NCBI RefSeq assembly: GCF_001194135.2
Contig: NC_068984.1
Coordinates: 2,511,269-2,569,066, forward strand
Direction of reading: 5' to 3'
Length of the DNA stretch: 57,798 nt
Source: Octopus bimaculoides
Taxonomy: Eukaryota
The position numbers were made by a program, and so were the translations under genes. Under the pieces are notes generated by a model that worked only from the letters and a program-made list of their open reading frames with translations, was not told the origin of the DNA and ran no database searches. Below are positions 24,945 to 36,461 of this stretch, one piece after another. Position 1 is the first letter of the stretch; the number at the start of each line of letters is the position of its first letter.

Positions 24945-25350
24945 GCTGTTTACACCCAGGTCAAGTCTAATTGAGCAAGACCATCCATAAAAGCCTTTCA
25001 GCATGCCCACTCCTATCGTAATTGTAGATGACAGCACAAGGCTGTTGTTGTTGTTTCTCTAGATGTCAGGTCCAGTAGAGCAAAAGTATGCCCAAAAGCC
25101 TTCCATCTATGCCCACCTCCATCTTATTTGCAGATAATAGCATAACATTAGTGTTATTTACTCTCAGGTCTAATGGAGCAAAACTATAACTGAAAGCCCT
25201 CCAACCATGCCCACCCCCATCTTATTTTCAAATAATGGCACATGGTCTTGTTGCTGTTATTCATCCCCCAGATCAGATCTAGTGAAGCAAAACTATGACC
25301 AAAGCCCTGCCAGCCTTGCCCATCCCCATCATATTTTCCAGTGATAAACT
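24945..25350. repeat. Four diverged tandem units of ~100-110 bp
   Basis: Recurring caggtc..gagcaaaa..aaagcc..catgcccac.cccatc at ~24957, 25066, 25165 and 25273; unit related to the dispersed repeat at ~27765-27830. Confidence 0.7.
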
Positions 25351-25624
25351 CCAAACTACATTCTACAATGTCTCATTTCCCTTTTAAGAAAGTAATTTTC
25401 TTTTTTATGTTGATGTTCTTTTTGTATGACTTAATCAGATGTGGACCCTGCTAAAAGAACCCAAGGGTCGGTCATGTGGTGAAGTTAAGATGGCTGACTG
25501 ATAATCCATTTTGCATTCAGTTTATTCTGTCAAACGTAATCCTTATTTATCAAGATTGCTTTGAGTTAATCATGCATTATCTTGTTGCTTGGAGATTTCA
25601 ATGATGAGATATATTTTTCTATTT

Positions 25625-25886
25625 TTATCTTATTATTTTTTTACTCATTTCAGTCATTTAACTCTGGCCCTGCTGGAGCACCACCTTAAAGGGTTTTAGC
25701 AGAACACATCGCTCCCAGGACTTACTGAACAACCTGCACAAATGATTTAGTCATATGTTCTACACATGAGCTCACTTCTCCCATCTCTTTTGCTGAACCA
25801 CTAAGTTATAGGGATGTAAGCACACCAACACCGGTTGTCAAGTGGTGATGGGGGCTACAAACACAGACACAAAGACACACACACAC

Positions 25887-25938
<52 letters not shown>

Positions 25939-26095
25939 TGTGCTTCTTTCAGTTTCCATCTACCAAATCCACCCACAAGGCTTTGGTCAGCCCAAGGTTA
26001 TAGTAGAAGACACTTGCCCACGATGCCATACCGGGGGCTGAACTCAGAACCATGTGGTTGGGAAGCAAGCTTCTTACCACACAGCCACACCTGTT
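25625..26095 (-). mobile_element. OK-like SINE, near full length, with internal (TA)n
   Basis: Same tail, body and head blocks as 22048-22455. Confidence 0.9.
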
Positions 26096-26104
26096 CCTGT
26101 ATAT

Positions 26105-26224
26105 GAGTGTATTTTTAGAACGTCAATATCAGGTAGGTGTAAGCCACTGGATCTGGCCCGTTTGCATGTAAAACAGGTAGAATATTTGGGTTGTATATGG
26201 CAAGTTTAAATACTAAATGGTTAA
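26105..26224 (-). mobile_element. Possible piggyBac-type MITE end
   Basis: Minus strand reads ttaa|ccatttagtatttaaac..., a TTAA followed by a degenerate CCC-type terminus; only one end seen. Confidence 0.3.
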
Positions 26225-26870
26225 GTCTAACAACTACAAAAAAGCAACGATTTCTCTGAATATCTTCAGCACAATTTCCATGGAGCAAATTTTATTCCTG
26301 ATACGTTCAATATACTGGAGGCTATGTTAGAAGAAACTTGCCTAAGGTGTCACCCTGAGAGAAAAAGGACAAAACCGGAGAATCACAAAGCAAACTCTTA
26401 ACAACACAGTGAAGATTGCAACTGTGTTTCAGGAAAATACGACTGCTATTTCTAGTGGCTTGCTGCCCACTATTGGTTCATAATGATGCACCATAAGACA
26501 GAGCTGTGCTTACATGACTAAAGCAATGACAAATCAGCTGATAATTGTAGACCAAATAAATTAAAATATCTCCAAGTATATGAAATTATTGGCAGTTAAA
26601 ATCACTAATGATATATATATATATACATACATACATCCATATACATACATATACACACACATACAAACACTCACACAAATGTATATACCATCATCACTAT
26701 TTTGTGTCTGTTTTCAATGTATTACATCACAGTATATTGTATTATATCATATATGTGTGTGTGTGTCTGTGTGTGTATACATACAATATATATATAATGT
26801 ATATACACACACACATATATATATATATATTTGCAATATATATATAATACATATATATACACACACACAC

Positions 26871-26912
<42 letters not shown>

Positions 26913-27299
26913 ATGTATGGATATATATATGCAAATAAATATATGAGTATATATAGACATATATACACATACATATACACATATATGTGTGTGTGTGTAT
27001 GTGTATATATATGTATGTGTATACATGTACATACAAGCATACATGTGTCTGTGAGTGTGTAGTAGGCATGTATGCATGTATGTATGTATGCATGTATGTG
27101 TGTGTGTGTATGTATAAATGAGTGTTTGTGTGTGTATATGTGTGCATAAAACTAGCTAGGATATTACCAGTGAAGCTGATAGGATACTAAAAGAAGACAA
27201 TGGTTATTAAATGTCAACAGCTGAAAGATAGATTAATATTACAGGATTACAAGAAGAGACACAAATTTCATAATTTTATCCTTATATTCTTTTACTTAT

Positions 27300-27530
27300 T
27301 TTATCATTACGACATGCTCAAGCTGGAGCACTACTTTATGAGTATAGCTGTTCAAACAGAAATCAATATCAAATATTTCAGAGGGACAATAAGTACTGCA
27401 TTCAATTTGATCGACTCTGGTATCTCATACTTATTTCTGAGTCTGGTACTTCCTCTATCAGGTCTTGTTTGCTGAACCACTAAGTTACAGGTATGTAAAC
27501 AAACCAGTACCAATTAGTAAGGATTGACAG
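27300..27530 (-). mobile_element. Old OK-like SINE fragment
   Basis: gctggagcac...tcgactctgg...ctggtactt...gctgaaccactaagttaca. Confidence 0.6.
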
Positions 27531-27539
27531 ATAACCTTA

Positions 27540-27579
<40 letters not shown>

Positions 27580-27999
27580 TGTGAATATACTCACACATAT
27601 CCACATACGTACACAAGATGGACATAATGTATCTTGGATCACATCATCCAACAGGCATAGTGTATCTAGGACTACATTATCCAATGATCATAACAAAAAC
27701 CATTTATGAAAAGAACTACTATAACAGAACAGGATTCTTGAAACCTGGTTCATCGAAGGCTGTTGTTGTTTAACCCCAGGTCATACCTAACCAAGCAGAC
27801 ATGATCAAAGATATGACAGCTACGATCATACAGTTTTTTTTTGTTTATCTGCAAATACAATTGTCTGTGTCCTTTGTATTAGATATGGTTTGACTTGAGG
27901 GAAATTTAGCTGATATTTCTAGCAAGCCAAATGACCATGTAGAGGTTCCTTTAAAAAAAAATAGTAAGGGCAGAGAATATAATGAAGTCATTTAAAGGC

Positions 28000-28205
28000 A
28001 GGGAGACTCGTTAGCATCCCAGGCTAAATACCTAGCAGCATTTCACCCATCTTTATTTTCTGGGTTCAAATTCCACCGGCGTCAACTTTGCCTTTCATCC
28101 TTCCAGGGTCAATAAAATAAGTGCCAGTTGATCACAGGGGTCGATTTAATTGATTTAGTCCCTGCCCTTAAATTGCCAGCCTTGTGCCAAAATTCGAAAT
28201 CAATG
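28000..28205 (+). mobile_element. Second SINE family (gcctttcatcc..gggtc.ataaaataagt.ccag core)
   Basis: B-box-like gggttcaaattcc, then gtcaactttgcctttcatccttccagggtcaataaaataagtgccag and ccttgtgccaaaatt tail; core resembles the Meta/MESC-type SINE domain from memory. Confidence 0.8.
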
Positions 28206-28284
28206 TAATGAAGTCAATTATAAGTGGTATAGGTATCCACAAAAAAAAAAAAAAAACTATTCTGATGAACACATGGATATTATT

Positions 28285-28450
28285 CTCAAATTTTGGCACA
28301 AGGCCAGCAATCTAGGGGTAGGAGATAAATCAATTATATTGATACCAGCACTTAATTGGTACCTATTTTATCAACCCCGAAAGGATGACGACATAAAGAT
28401 GAATGAAGTATTGCTAAACATTTGCCCTGAGTGCTAACGATTCTGGCAAC
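28285..28450 (-). mobile_element. Same second SINE family, inverted relative to 28000-28205
   Basis: aattttggcacaaggccagcaat...ggtacctattttatcaaccccgaaaggatga. Confidence 0.75.
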
Positions 28451-28619
28451 TTACTACATTGTACATGTAAATATTGGTAATGAGAATAAAGAATTTGAAC
28501 ATTCAAGCTTTATCTTTATTTCCAGTTTGTTTATGTATATATGGTGCTTTGACATTTTACTCTGAGAAATTCAGTATCTGCCTGGATAATATATATCCCT
28601 CCTCTTACTATGTATATAT

Positions 28620-28780
28620 AACAGGCTTCTTTCAGTTTTCATCTACCAAATCCAAATCCACCCACAAGGCTTTGGCTAGCCTAAGGCTATAGTAGAAGAC
28701 ACTTGCCCAAGGAGCCATGCTGTGGGACCGAAACTGGGACCATGGGGTTGGAAGCAAGCCTCTTACTACACAGCAATGCT
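28620..28780 (-). mobile_element. OK-like SINE 5' half
   Basis: ggcttctttcagtttt...ctatagtagaagacacttgcccaagg...gaagcaagcctcttactacacag. Confidence 0.8.
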
Positions 28781-28950
28781 AACTCACTTACCTGAAAAAC
28801 AGGTAAGCGTAGGTGACAGGAACAACATCAAGTCATGCAATCCTGCCCAGCAAAAATTACCCTCTAGCCATTTGTGTACATTTAAACTAGTTAAATATTA
28901 TTTTACAGAATAATAGAATTAAAATTTATTTGATTAAAACCCTTTCTAAC

Positions 28951-29397
28951 ATGGAAGTATCCAAAGTACATTTGAGGCACATAATGCTTTATGAGTACAA
29001 AAAAGGAAACTCTGCAGGTAAAGCGACTTGAAACATACATTCAGTTTATGGGAAAGAATGCTTGAATGAAAGAACTTGCTGAAGATGGTTTGCAAAATTC
29101 AAAAGTGGAGATTTCAGCCTTCAAAATGAAGATCGAACACGACGTCCAGTTGAGTTTGATGATAAGCTCCTTAAGGTATTACTTGAAGAAAATCCTGTAT
29201 TATCAGTTGAAGAATTGGCAATAAAGCTTAGTTCAAACCATACAATTGTTCATTGTCATCTTCAACAACTTGAAAAGGTTCCTAAACTTGGAAAATGTGT
29301 GCCTCATGAATTGTCCGAAAGCAACCGCAAATCCCGAGTTGACATCTGCTCTTCTCTCCATTCTCGCGAGCTCATTTCACCATTTTTGGATAGACTT
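28951..29397 (+). mobile_element. Mariner transposase 5' half (HTH region), pseudogenised
   Basis: MEVSKVHLRHIMLYEYKKGNSAGKAT*NIHSVYG...RWFAKFKSGDFSL..EDR..RP...VPHELS...PFLDRL; two in-frame stops; truncated just before the TGDEKW motif. Confidence 0.9.
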
Positions 29398-29777
29398 GCT
29401 CACATCTTGTCATTCCTGAGAGGAAAAACCCTTCGGGCTATTTCACATTGAAGTCTCCCATGAGAAATACACTGATGTGCTCTTCTATTTTGGCTAAGAC
29501 CTCTTCCATTCTTGCAAAGCAGTATTCGAATAGGTCCGTGTGATTTGGCTCATCTGGTGGGCGATATGTAGTACATATGACTATGTCGACTTGTTTTATA
29601 TATACAATTAGTGTGTCATGCACTGAATTTGATTGTGACAAAAGGATTTAGAGCGTGAGATCTTCACGGATGTACATTGCAACTCCACCATGACTCCTGT
29701 CTTTTCTGTCGCTTCGTAATACCTCGTGCTTTGGTGTGTACATTTCTGCATCTGCGATGTCATGACAAGATGTGAGC
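29398..29777 (-). mobile_element. CR1-group LINE endonuclease segment, inverted
   Basis: Minus strand: HLSHDIADAEMYTPKHEVLRSDRKDRSHGGVAMYI...ICTTYRPPDE...FLMGDFNVK*PEGFFLSGMTRCE. Confidence 0.85.
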
Positions 29778-30125
29778 AAAGTCAGGACGGGGCGCTACTG
29801 CATGGTACCAAAGATCTCAACATTGCCGTCAGGATACAGGACCAGATACTGCAAAAGGCTGGGCTGCAAAGGCCCACAGCTCTTCAATACCCTCCCACAA
29901 AGCCTCAGAGACCTGCATGGAATGGATGTAGGCTTTTCTCAAACAAAACTAGATACTCTGTCAAGGGTTCCAGATGAGCCTACCTCTAGGCAAGAAACAC
30001 AGATGAGGGTAGCAATGTCAAACTCCCTCATCCACCAAATGTCATATATCTGAGGACGTTTAGTGAAAGTGTAGCAAAGTAAACGGCGATGCCCCGGCAT
30101 GGCTACAGTCCTTGGACTGAAACTT
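29762..30125 (+). mobile_element. CR1-group LINE 3' end (sense), same family as 9100-9815
   Basis: GRYCMVPKISTLPSGYRTRYCKRLGCKGPQLFNTLPQSLRDLHGMDV...VPDEP and 3' UTR gatgccccggcatggctacagtccttggactgaaac. Confidence 0.85.
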
Positions 30126-31038
30126 AGAGAATATATATATATATACATATACATACATACGCGGGTGTGTATGATTGTGTATAGAAGAATATATTACTCA
30201 AAGAAATTCCAACTTTGATTTTCACCTTTTATTTAATATAAGATAACATAATATAATGAAATGATAGAATATTATCAGTCCATTCTGACTAAACTAGTAC
30301 TTTCATGCATTTAACTACACAATCTTCAGGTTCATGTATATATCTATAAATAGAAATTTCACATGAGCGATTCTTTTTGTCTTGGGAATCACGATCAAAC
30401 GGCCGGGTGGAATTGCACGAAAAATGACACAGATGTGTAGAATGATCCGGTGGTGATGCTGGGATTTGTACTTTTTTCATAGCCCCCATGGTTCCCGAGA
30501 TAATCTACTATAATAATACTCTTATGTTTATGAATGAGAAAGGAAGGGGTGATAGATGAATAAGGAAGGAAGGGGGTAGTGGGATGATGAAAATTAGGGT
30601 GAAAAAATAAATCAAACAGCGTTTCAACTGTGAATATATGCGTGTGCATGTAAAAGGGGGTATGTGAATGCGTGTGTGTTTGTGTGTGTTTGTGTGTGTT
30701 TGTGTGTGTTTGTGTGTTTGTGTGTGTGTGTGTGTGTGCGTGCGTGCACGCAATGAAAGTGAGATGGTTCATCTTTGTTCGCTTAGTATTTGGGTTTATG
30801 TTTTGATTTGATTGAATCTTGGTTGTTTTTTTGTTGTTGTTGGTTAGTTATTTTTAGCGTCTTGACATTGAAAAGTCATTCTAAAATTGATTTTTAACGT
30901 AAGCGTTCCCAAACAAGTCGAATGCTTACACAGAGCAGGTTTTATAGCCACATCATCCAAACCGACCGGGTGAAACTGGGCTTAACTGCTAGTATACACA
31001 CACATATGCACACACGCACGCACACACATATATATATG

Positions 31039-31123
<85 letters not shown>

Positions 31124-31382
31124 TGTAATTTGATTTGTAATTGCACGAATATCACCAGTTAATACCGGTTGTCTACTCCTGGGTATTGTTATTCACCAAG
31201 TTTCTTTTCCCTGGTCTCCGTGGGTTAAAAAGTTCAAAACTGAGTAAAGTTAAAAAAAAAGAGGAAAAACAAGAGAGAAAAAAATGGAACCAGGAGAATT
31301 GGCTCATAAATTATGCAGTTGTCTAAAAAGTTAATGAATAAACTTTCTATTTTGTTTCTAACACTCACGCACACACAAACAC

Positions 31383-31413
<31 letters not shown>

Positions 31414-32569
31414 TGTATGTATGTATGTATGTATGTATGCATGTATGTAATGTATATATTTATTTATATGTATATGTATATATCTGAGTGCTTGTGTATG
31501 CACACATATACATCCACATAACAACATAACAACAGTTATTTAATTATAAATATATCAACATAAAGGAAAAAAAATTCAAGGAACAAACTTCCAAACATAC
31601 GTATGAAATAACTTTTATTTTGGTTATTTTATTCATTATAAATTAATTTTTCTAAGCCCATGAGCTAACATTTACTATTTGTATCTACATGCATGTGAAA
31701 TTTATTTAAATTTATTTTAATTGCAATTAATTTATTGAAATTTTGATCAATTACCAAACAGAATAAACTCGGTTTACTGAAAATTTCACATGGCACTATT
31801 GTTTGAATCAAGTCAGTTCCAGGCATTTTAGATGTGTGAGTGTGGGAGAACGTGTGTGAGTGTGTGTAAAGATATACATACACACACACACACATATATA
31901 CACGTTCGAAGGATGCTTATGTAACGTTTGAGTAATGTGTGTAAATATGGGAGAATGTAAATCATTGCGTAACTCTGTATGTAATGCTTGTTGAAGTGTC
32001 TCTTCAAGAGAAAATCTTCGAAATGTTTTAGCAAAACTTTTCTAATCGATTGGATCCGGAGAAAGTAAACAAATCTTTTGTTTCTTCCTGGGAAACGACA
32101 GCATTTCTAACGCTTCCTTATTGCTGCCCTGCATGCTGTGAAGGCTACAAATGGGAATTTATTTCCAATGCACAAATACTTAAAAACTTTCGGGTAGTTT
32201 AATATAAATTCGACGAGGCATTCACAGCTACTTGAATGCTGATCTCTACAACATGGAACCACTTCTATTTGTGAGAGAAAACTTTGCAAAAGTTCATTTC
32301 TGCCTGCAGAGGATTGACATTCAACCAGTGATTCTCAGTTTCAAAATACGGAAACGTCATATTCCCGTTTTGTTTCTATTACTTGTTGACAGAGCAAAGA
32401 ACGAGACTGTCACATTCTTGTCTTTACTTTTATGCCAAGGACTCAAAAAGTGCAGAGAATTATGGAACTGGCACTCATTGCTGAACTAAGTTTTGCTTTA
32501 TATATTTCTATATCTTTCTTTTCCATGCTTCAAATTTGTTTGTTTGTCCATATAAGGAAAAGTTGGGTT

Positions 32570-32772
32570 CTAATTTTGGCACAAGGCCAGCAATTTTGGG
32601 GTATGTGGGTAAGTCTATTACATCGATCCCTGTGCTAGACTGGAACTGATTTTATCGAAGGCGAAATGATGTAAGGCAACGTTGACCTCTGCAGGATTTG
32701 AACTCGGACAGACGAAATGCCGATAAGCATTCTGTCCGGTGAGCCTACGATTCTCCCAGCTCATCGCCTCCT
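32570..32772 (-). mobile_element. Second-family SINE
   Basis: aattttggcacaaggccagcaat...ggatttgaactcgga...ccagctcatcgcc. Confidence 0.75.
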
Positions 32773-33486
32773 TATACTGAAATATTGACCGGATGGAGGT
32801 CGTTTTAACAAACGGTCTTCTTAACACTAGAACAGGCGTCAAGGAAGCTAAAGCGGAACCTGTTCTTAATACTTCTGCCATCAGACACATCAAGGTTTGG
32901 CAAACACATGCAATAATTCAGTTGTTACTGATTTGTTAAAAGTAGCAGTCAAACCTCCTCACAAGTCACACATTTAAATAAAGGCTCTATTTTGAGCGCT
33001 TTGCATTTTAGTTTTCAGCTACGACCTATATAAGACGGCGACACAACAACAAGGAGGAAAGCTTTTTGCGAATATGTGTTTATGTATATTTACATTAATA
33101 TCTAACAGAACAGTGACTCAAATCCGAGAGTTTCGTGCGTTGACACAAGTCATCACATACGTTCGTCCGATAGTCGAAAGACCCTTTCTGTTTGTTATTT
33201 CCTTGTGTTTGTATATCTACATTCGTTTGCCTTGCTCATGGGCGTAATGCCTTTAGCTTAAGCCCTTGGGCAAACTGGTTTCGTGTAGTATCGGAGAGAA
33301 TTGGGCGAAACTACGTTGACATTCCAGATTCCGACTGAAGAAGCAAATGGCTGCGAATGATCAGTGTATCTTGTTTTGTCCTGTTGTTGTGACATCGTCC
33401 TTTTCCTGCTTGTTACGTTTTGACGATTTCCGTTTGTTGTGTTTCTTACCTTTGATACATACATACACATACACACACACACACAC

Positions 33487-33560
<74 letters not shown>

Positions 33561-33569
33561 TGTTGGAAT

Positions 33570-33710
33570 TTATAGAAAAACAAAAGACGAAGACAGGTGT
33601 AGGAACAACAAGCGAGTGTATTAGTTTGACGCTCGGAAAAAATGGAAAAGTTTTTTACGTTTCGAGCCTACGCTCTTCGACAGAAAGGAATAAGAGAAAA
33701 TAAGCAGTAC
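33570..33710 (-). mobile_element. Penelope-like terminal-repeat fragment carrying a hammerhead-like motif
   Basis: Homologous block (aaaa.agacga.gacaggt..gt...aacaa...gtattagt.tgac) recurs at ~50735-50810; contains the motif at 33653-33687. PLE origin is inferred from the motif. Confidence 0.5.
33653..33687 (-). ncRNA. Minimal type-I hammerhead ribozyme-like motif (variant core CUGUCGA)
   Basis: Minus strand: uuu-CUGUCGA-A-GAGC-GUAG-GCUC-GAA-AC-GU-A-aaa: 4-bp stem II, palindromic 2-bp stem III (ACGU), GUA site, short U/A stem I. Confidence 0.5.
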
Positions 33711-34049
33711 ACACCCGTATGTGTGTGTATGTGCATGCGTGCGTACGTGTATGTGTGTGTATGTGCGCGTGCTATAGGTAACTATCTTGAAATTACAGCA
33801 GACAGTAGAAGACATATTGACGTTTGTATGAACATTTGAGCATCACACAATCCTGTCAGCGCACGCGCACACACGCAGTACTTTTCCCTTACCCACCGTC
33901 TTTCTCTCCCCCTCTCTCCTTCACATACACACCCACAAAGAATAACCATTGAAATGTTTTGTAAACATACTGCGATGGAGATTTTAAATTATTTTTATCT
34001 ATTTAGGAGGCTATTTGGGGAAGATCAAAGTACAATAATTTGTAACTAC

Positions 34050-34124
<75 letters not shown>

Positions 34125-34438
34125 ACATAAACATACACATGCATCAAACATCGATACACTTTGTACAACAAATGCTCCGTATTATCTGTGTACATATTCG
34201 TACACATAAATAGTCGGTGCGTTTGATGTACAAGCATATCTATCTATCTATGTGTGTGTGTGTATGTGTATATGTATATATATGTATATATAGATACATA
34301 CATATATATATATATATATGTATGTATGTATATATATATATGTATACATATATATATATATACATATATATACATACATACATATATGTATATATGTATA
34401 TATGTATATATATATATATATACACATACACACATACA

Positions 34439-34481
<43 letters not shown>

Positions 34482-35335
34482 NNNNNNNNNNNNNNNNNNN
34501 NNNNNNNNNNNNNNNNNNNNNNNNNNNNNNNNNNNNNNNNNNNNNNNNNNNNNNNNNNNNNNNNNNNNNNNNNNNNNNNNNNNNNNNNNNNNNNNNNNNN
34601 NNNNNNNNNNNNNNNNNNNNNNNNNNNNNNNNNNNNNNNNNNNNNNNNNNNNNNNNNNNNNNNNNNNNNNNNNNNNNNNNNNNNNNNNNNNNNNNNNNNN
34701 NNNNNNNNNNNNNNNNNNNNNNNNNNNNNNNNNNNNNNNNNNNNNNNNNNNNNNNNNNNNNNNNNNNNNNNNNNNNNNNNNNNNNNNNNNNNNNNNNNNN
34801 NNNNNNNNNNNNNNNNNNNNNNNNNNNNNNNNNNNNNNNNNNNNNNNNNNNNNNNNNNNNNNNNNNNNNNNNNNNNNNNNNNNNNNNNNNNNNNNNNNNN
34901 NNNNNNNNNNNNNNNNNNNNNNNNNNNNNNNNNNNNNNNNNNNNNNNNNNNNNNNNNNNNNNNNNNNNNNNNNNNNNNNNNNNNNNNNNNNNNNNNNNNN
35001 NNNNNNNNNNNNNNNNNNNNNNNNNNNNNNNNNNNNNNNNNNNNNNNNNNNNNNNNNNNNNNNNNNNNNNNNNNNNNNNNNNNNNNNNNNNNNNNNNNNN
35101 NNNNNNNNNNNNNNNNNNNNNNNNNNNNNNNNNNNNNNNNNNNNNNNNNNNNNNNNNNNNNNNNNNNNNNNNNNNNNNNNNNNNNNNNNNNNNNNNNNNN
35201 NNNNNNNNNNNNNNNNNNNNNNNNNNNNNNNNNNNNNNNNNNNNNNNNNNNNNNNNNNNNNNNNNNNNNNNNNNNNNNNNNNNNNNNNNNNNNNNNNNNN
35301 NNNNNNNNNNNNNNNNNNNNNNNNNNNNNNNNNNN
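34482..35335. other. Assembly gap (largest of 11; others at 4454, 4782, 6447, 21601, 24335, 36462, 41063, 50122, 52555, 53370)
   Basis: Runs of N, nearly all flanked by microsatellite or duplicated sequence. Confidence 0.99.
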
Positions 35336-35425
35336 ATATATATATATGCCTGCATGTATGTATGCATATATCTATGCATGTATGCATGAATGCGTATATG
35401 TATGTATGCATGCATATATGTATGT

Positions 35426-35886
35426 CATTGCTTAGTTCTATTTCAAGATTTCTTGCCAGTAGAGAAAGAGCCGGTTTCTAACCTAGATCCAAATCTCCTT
35501 CAATCAACAACAGGGTATTTTTGTATGTATGTATGTATGTATGTATGTATGTATGTATGTATGTATGTATGTATGTATGTATGTATGTATGTATGTATGT
35601 ATGTATGGATATGTGCAGATTTTTATGTTTTGTTTTATGTATGTGTTCTCATGCATATAGTTCCATATCTAGACATGCTCATATATTTCTAAATGATAGA
35701 CTTCTGGAAAGTTTTACAGATTTTCACATTTCCAGTGATGGATCGGATCTGTAGTCTTCGAATTAACTTTCTCCTTTCTGGTTTTGAAAAGCCTAATTTC
35801 TAGCGATTAATATTTAGGCAGTGTGTTACATATCCCAGTGCCCCAGTAATTACAGGTGTAAACCTGAACTTGTAATCTGGATAGAG
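35426..35886 (-). mobile_element. R4/Dong-like LINE 3' end, second copy of the 13636-14634 family
   Basis: Colinear with 13636-14048 (tttcaagatttcttgcca.tagagaaaga.ccggtttctaacctagatc; aacctgaacttgtaatctggatagag); expanded internal (TATG)n at 35523-35606. Confidence 0.9.
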
Positions 35887-36204
35887 CATGTATGTGAGAT
35901 TGCATGCATGATGTTGTTTTCATTCACACTTGTCCTTTCTCTTTTTTATCTTCTGCATCCTACTCCTCGCCTCTTCCTTTCTTCTCCTCCTCCTCCCCCC
36001 ACTTCCCTCCCTCTCCATCTTTCTCCATTAATGTTTCAATCTATATATCGACCTGTTTCTACAGGTTTCGCACATATTTACTTCAACACTACACAATTAA
36101 CAAACCAACACATGTTTGTTCCCAAAACTTATGGCGACACTTCTAATCAGTGTTCGATAAATTTTATGTTATATTCATATCAATGTTTGTGTTTATATTA
36201 AATT

Positions 36205-36461
36205 ATATTCTTTATTTCTTTGTCATTTGACTGCGGCCATGCTGGAGTACCGCCTTTAGTCGAGCAAATCGACCCCAGGACTTATTCTTTGTAAGCCTAG
36301 TACTTATTCTATCTTCACTTTTGCCGAACCGCTAAGTTACGGGGATGTAACCTCATCAACATCGGTTGTCAAGCGATGGTGGGGGGACAAACACAGACAC
36401 ACAAACACACTCACACACACTCACACACACACACACTCTCACACACACACACACACACACA
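36205..36461 (-). mobile_element. OK-like SINE 3' part, running into gap
   Basis: gtcatttgactgcggccatgctggag...gccgaaccgctaagttacgggg...ggttgtcaagcgatgg. Confidence 0.88.

Noticed and set aside
31828-32489. Nearly open minus-strand frame, and a weak hAT-like TTSICER word on plus
   Set aside because: Internal stop, no splice signals and no convincing family motif.
33333-33366. CTGAAGAAGC-aaatg-GCTGCGAATGATC as a third hammerhead
   Set aside because: GAAA is incomplete, with no valid stem III or stem I; at most a decayed relic. Similar weak traces at ~36060-36090 and ~56745-56775 were also not accepted.
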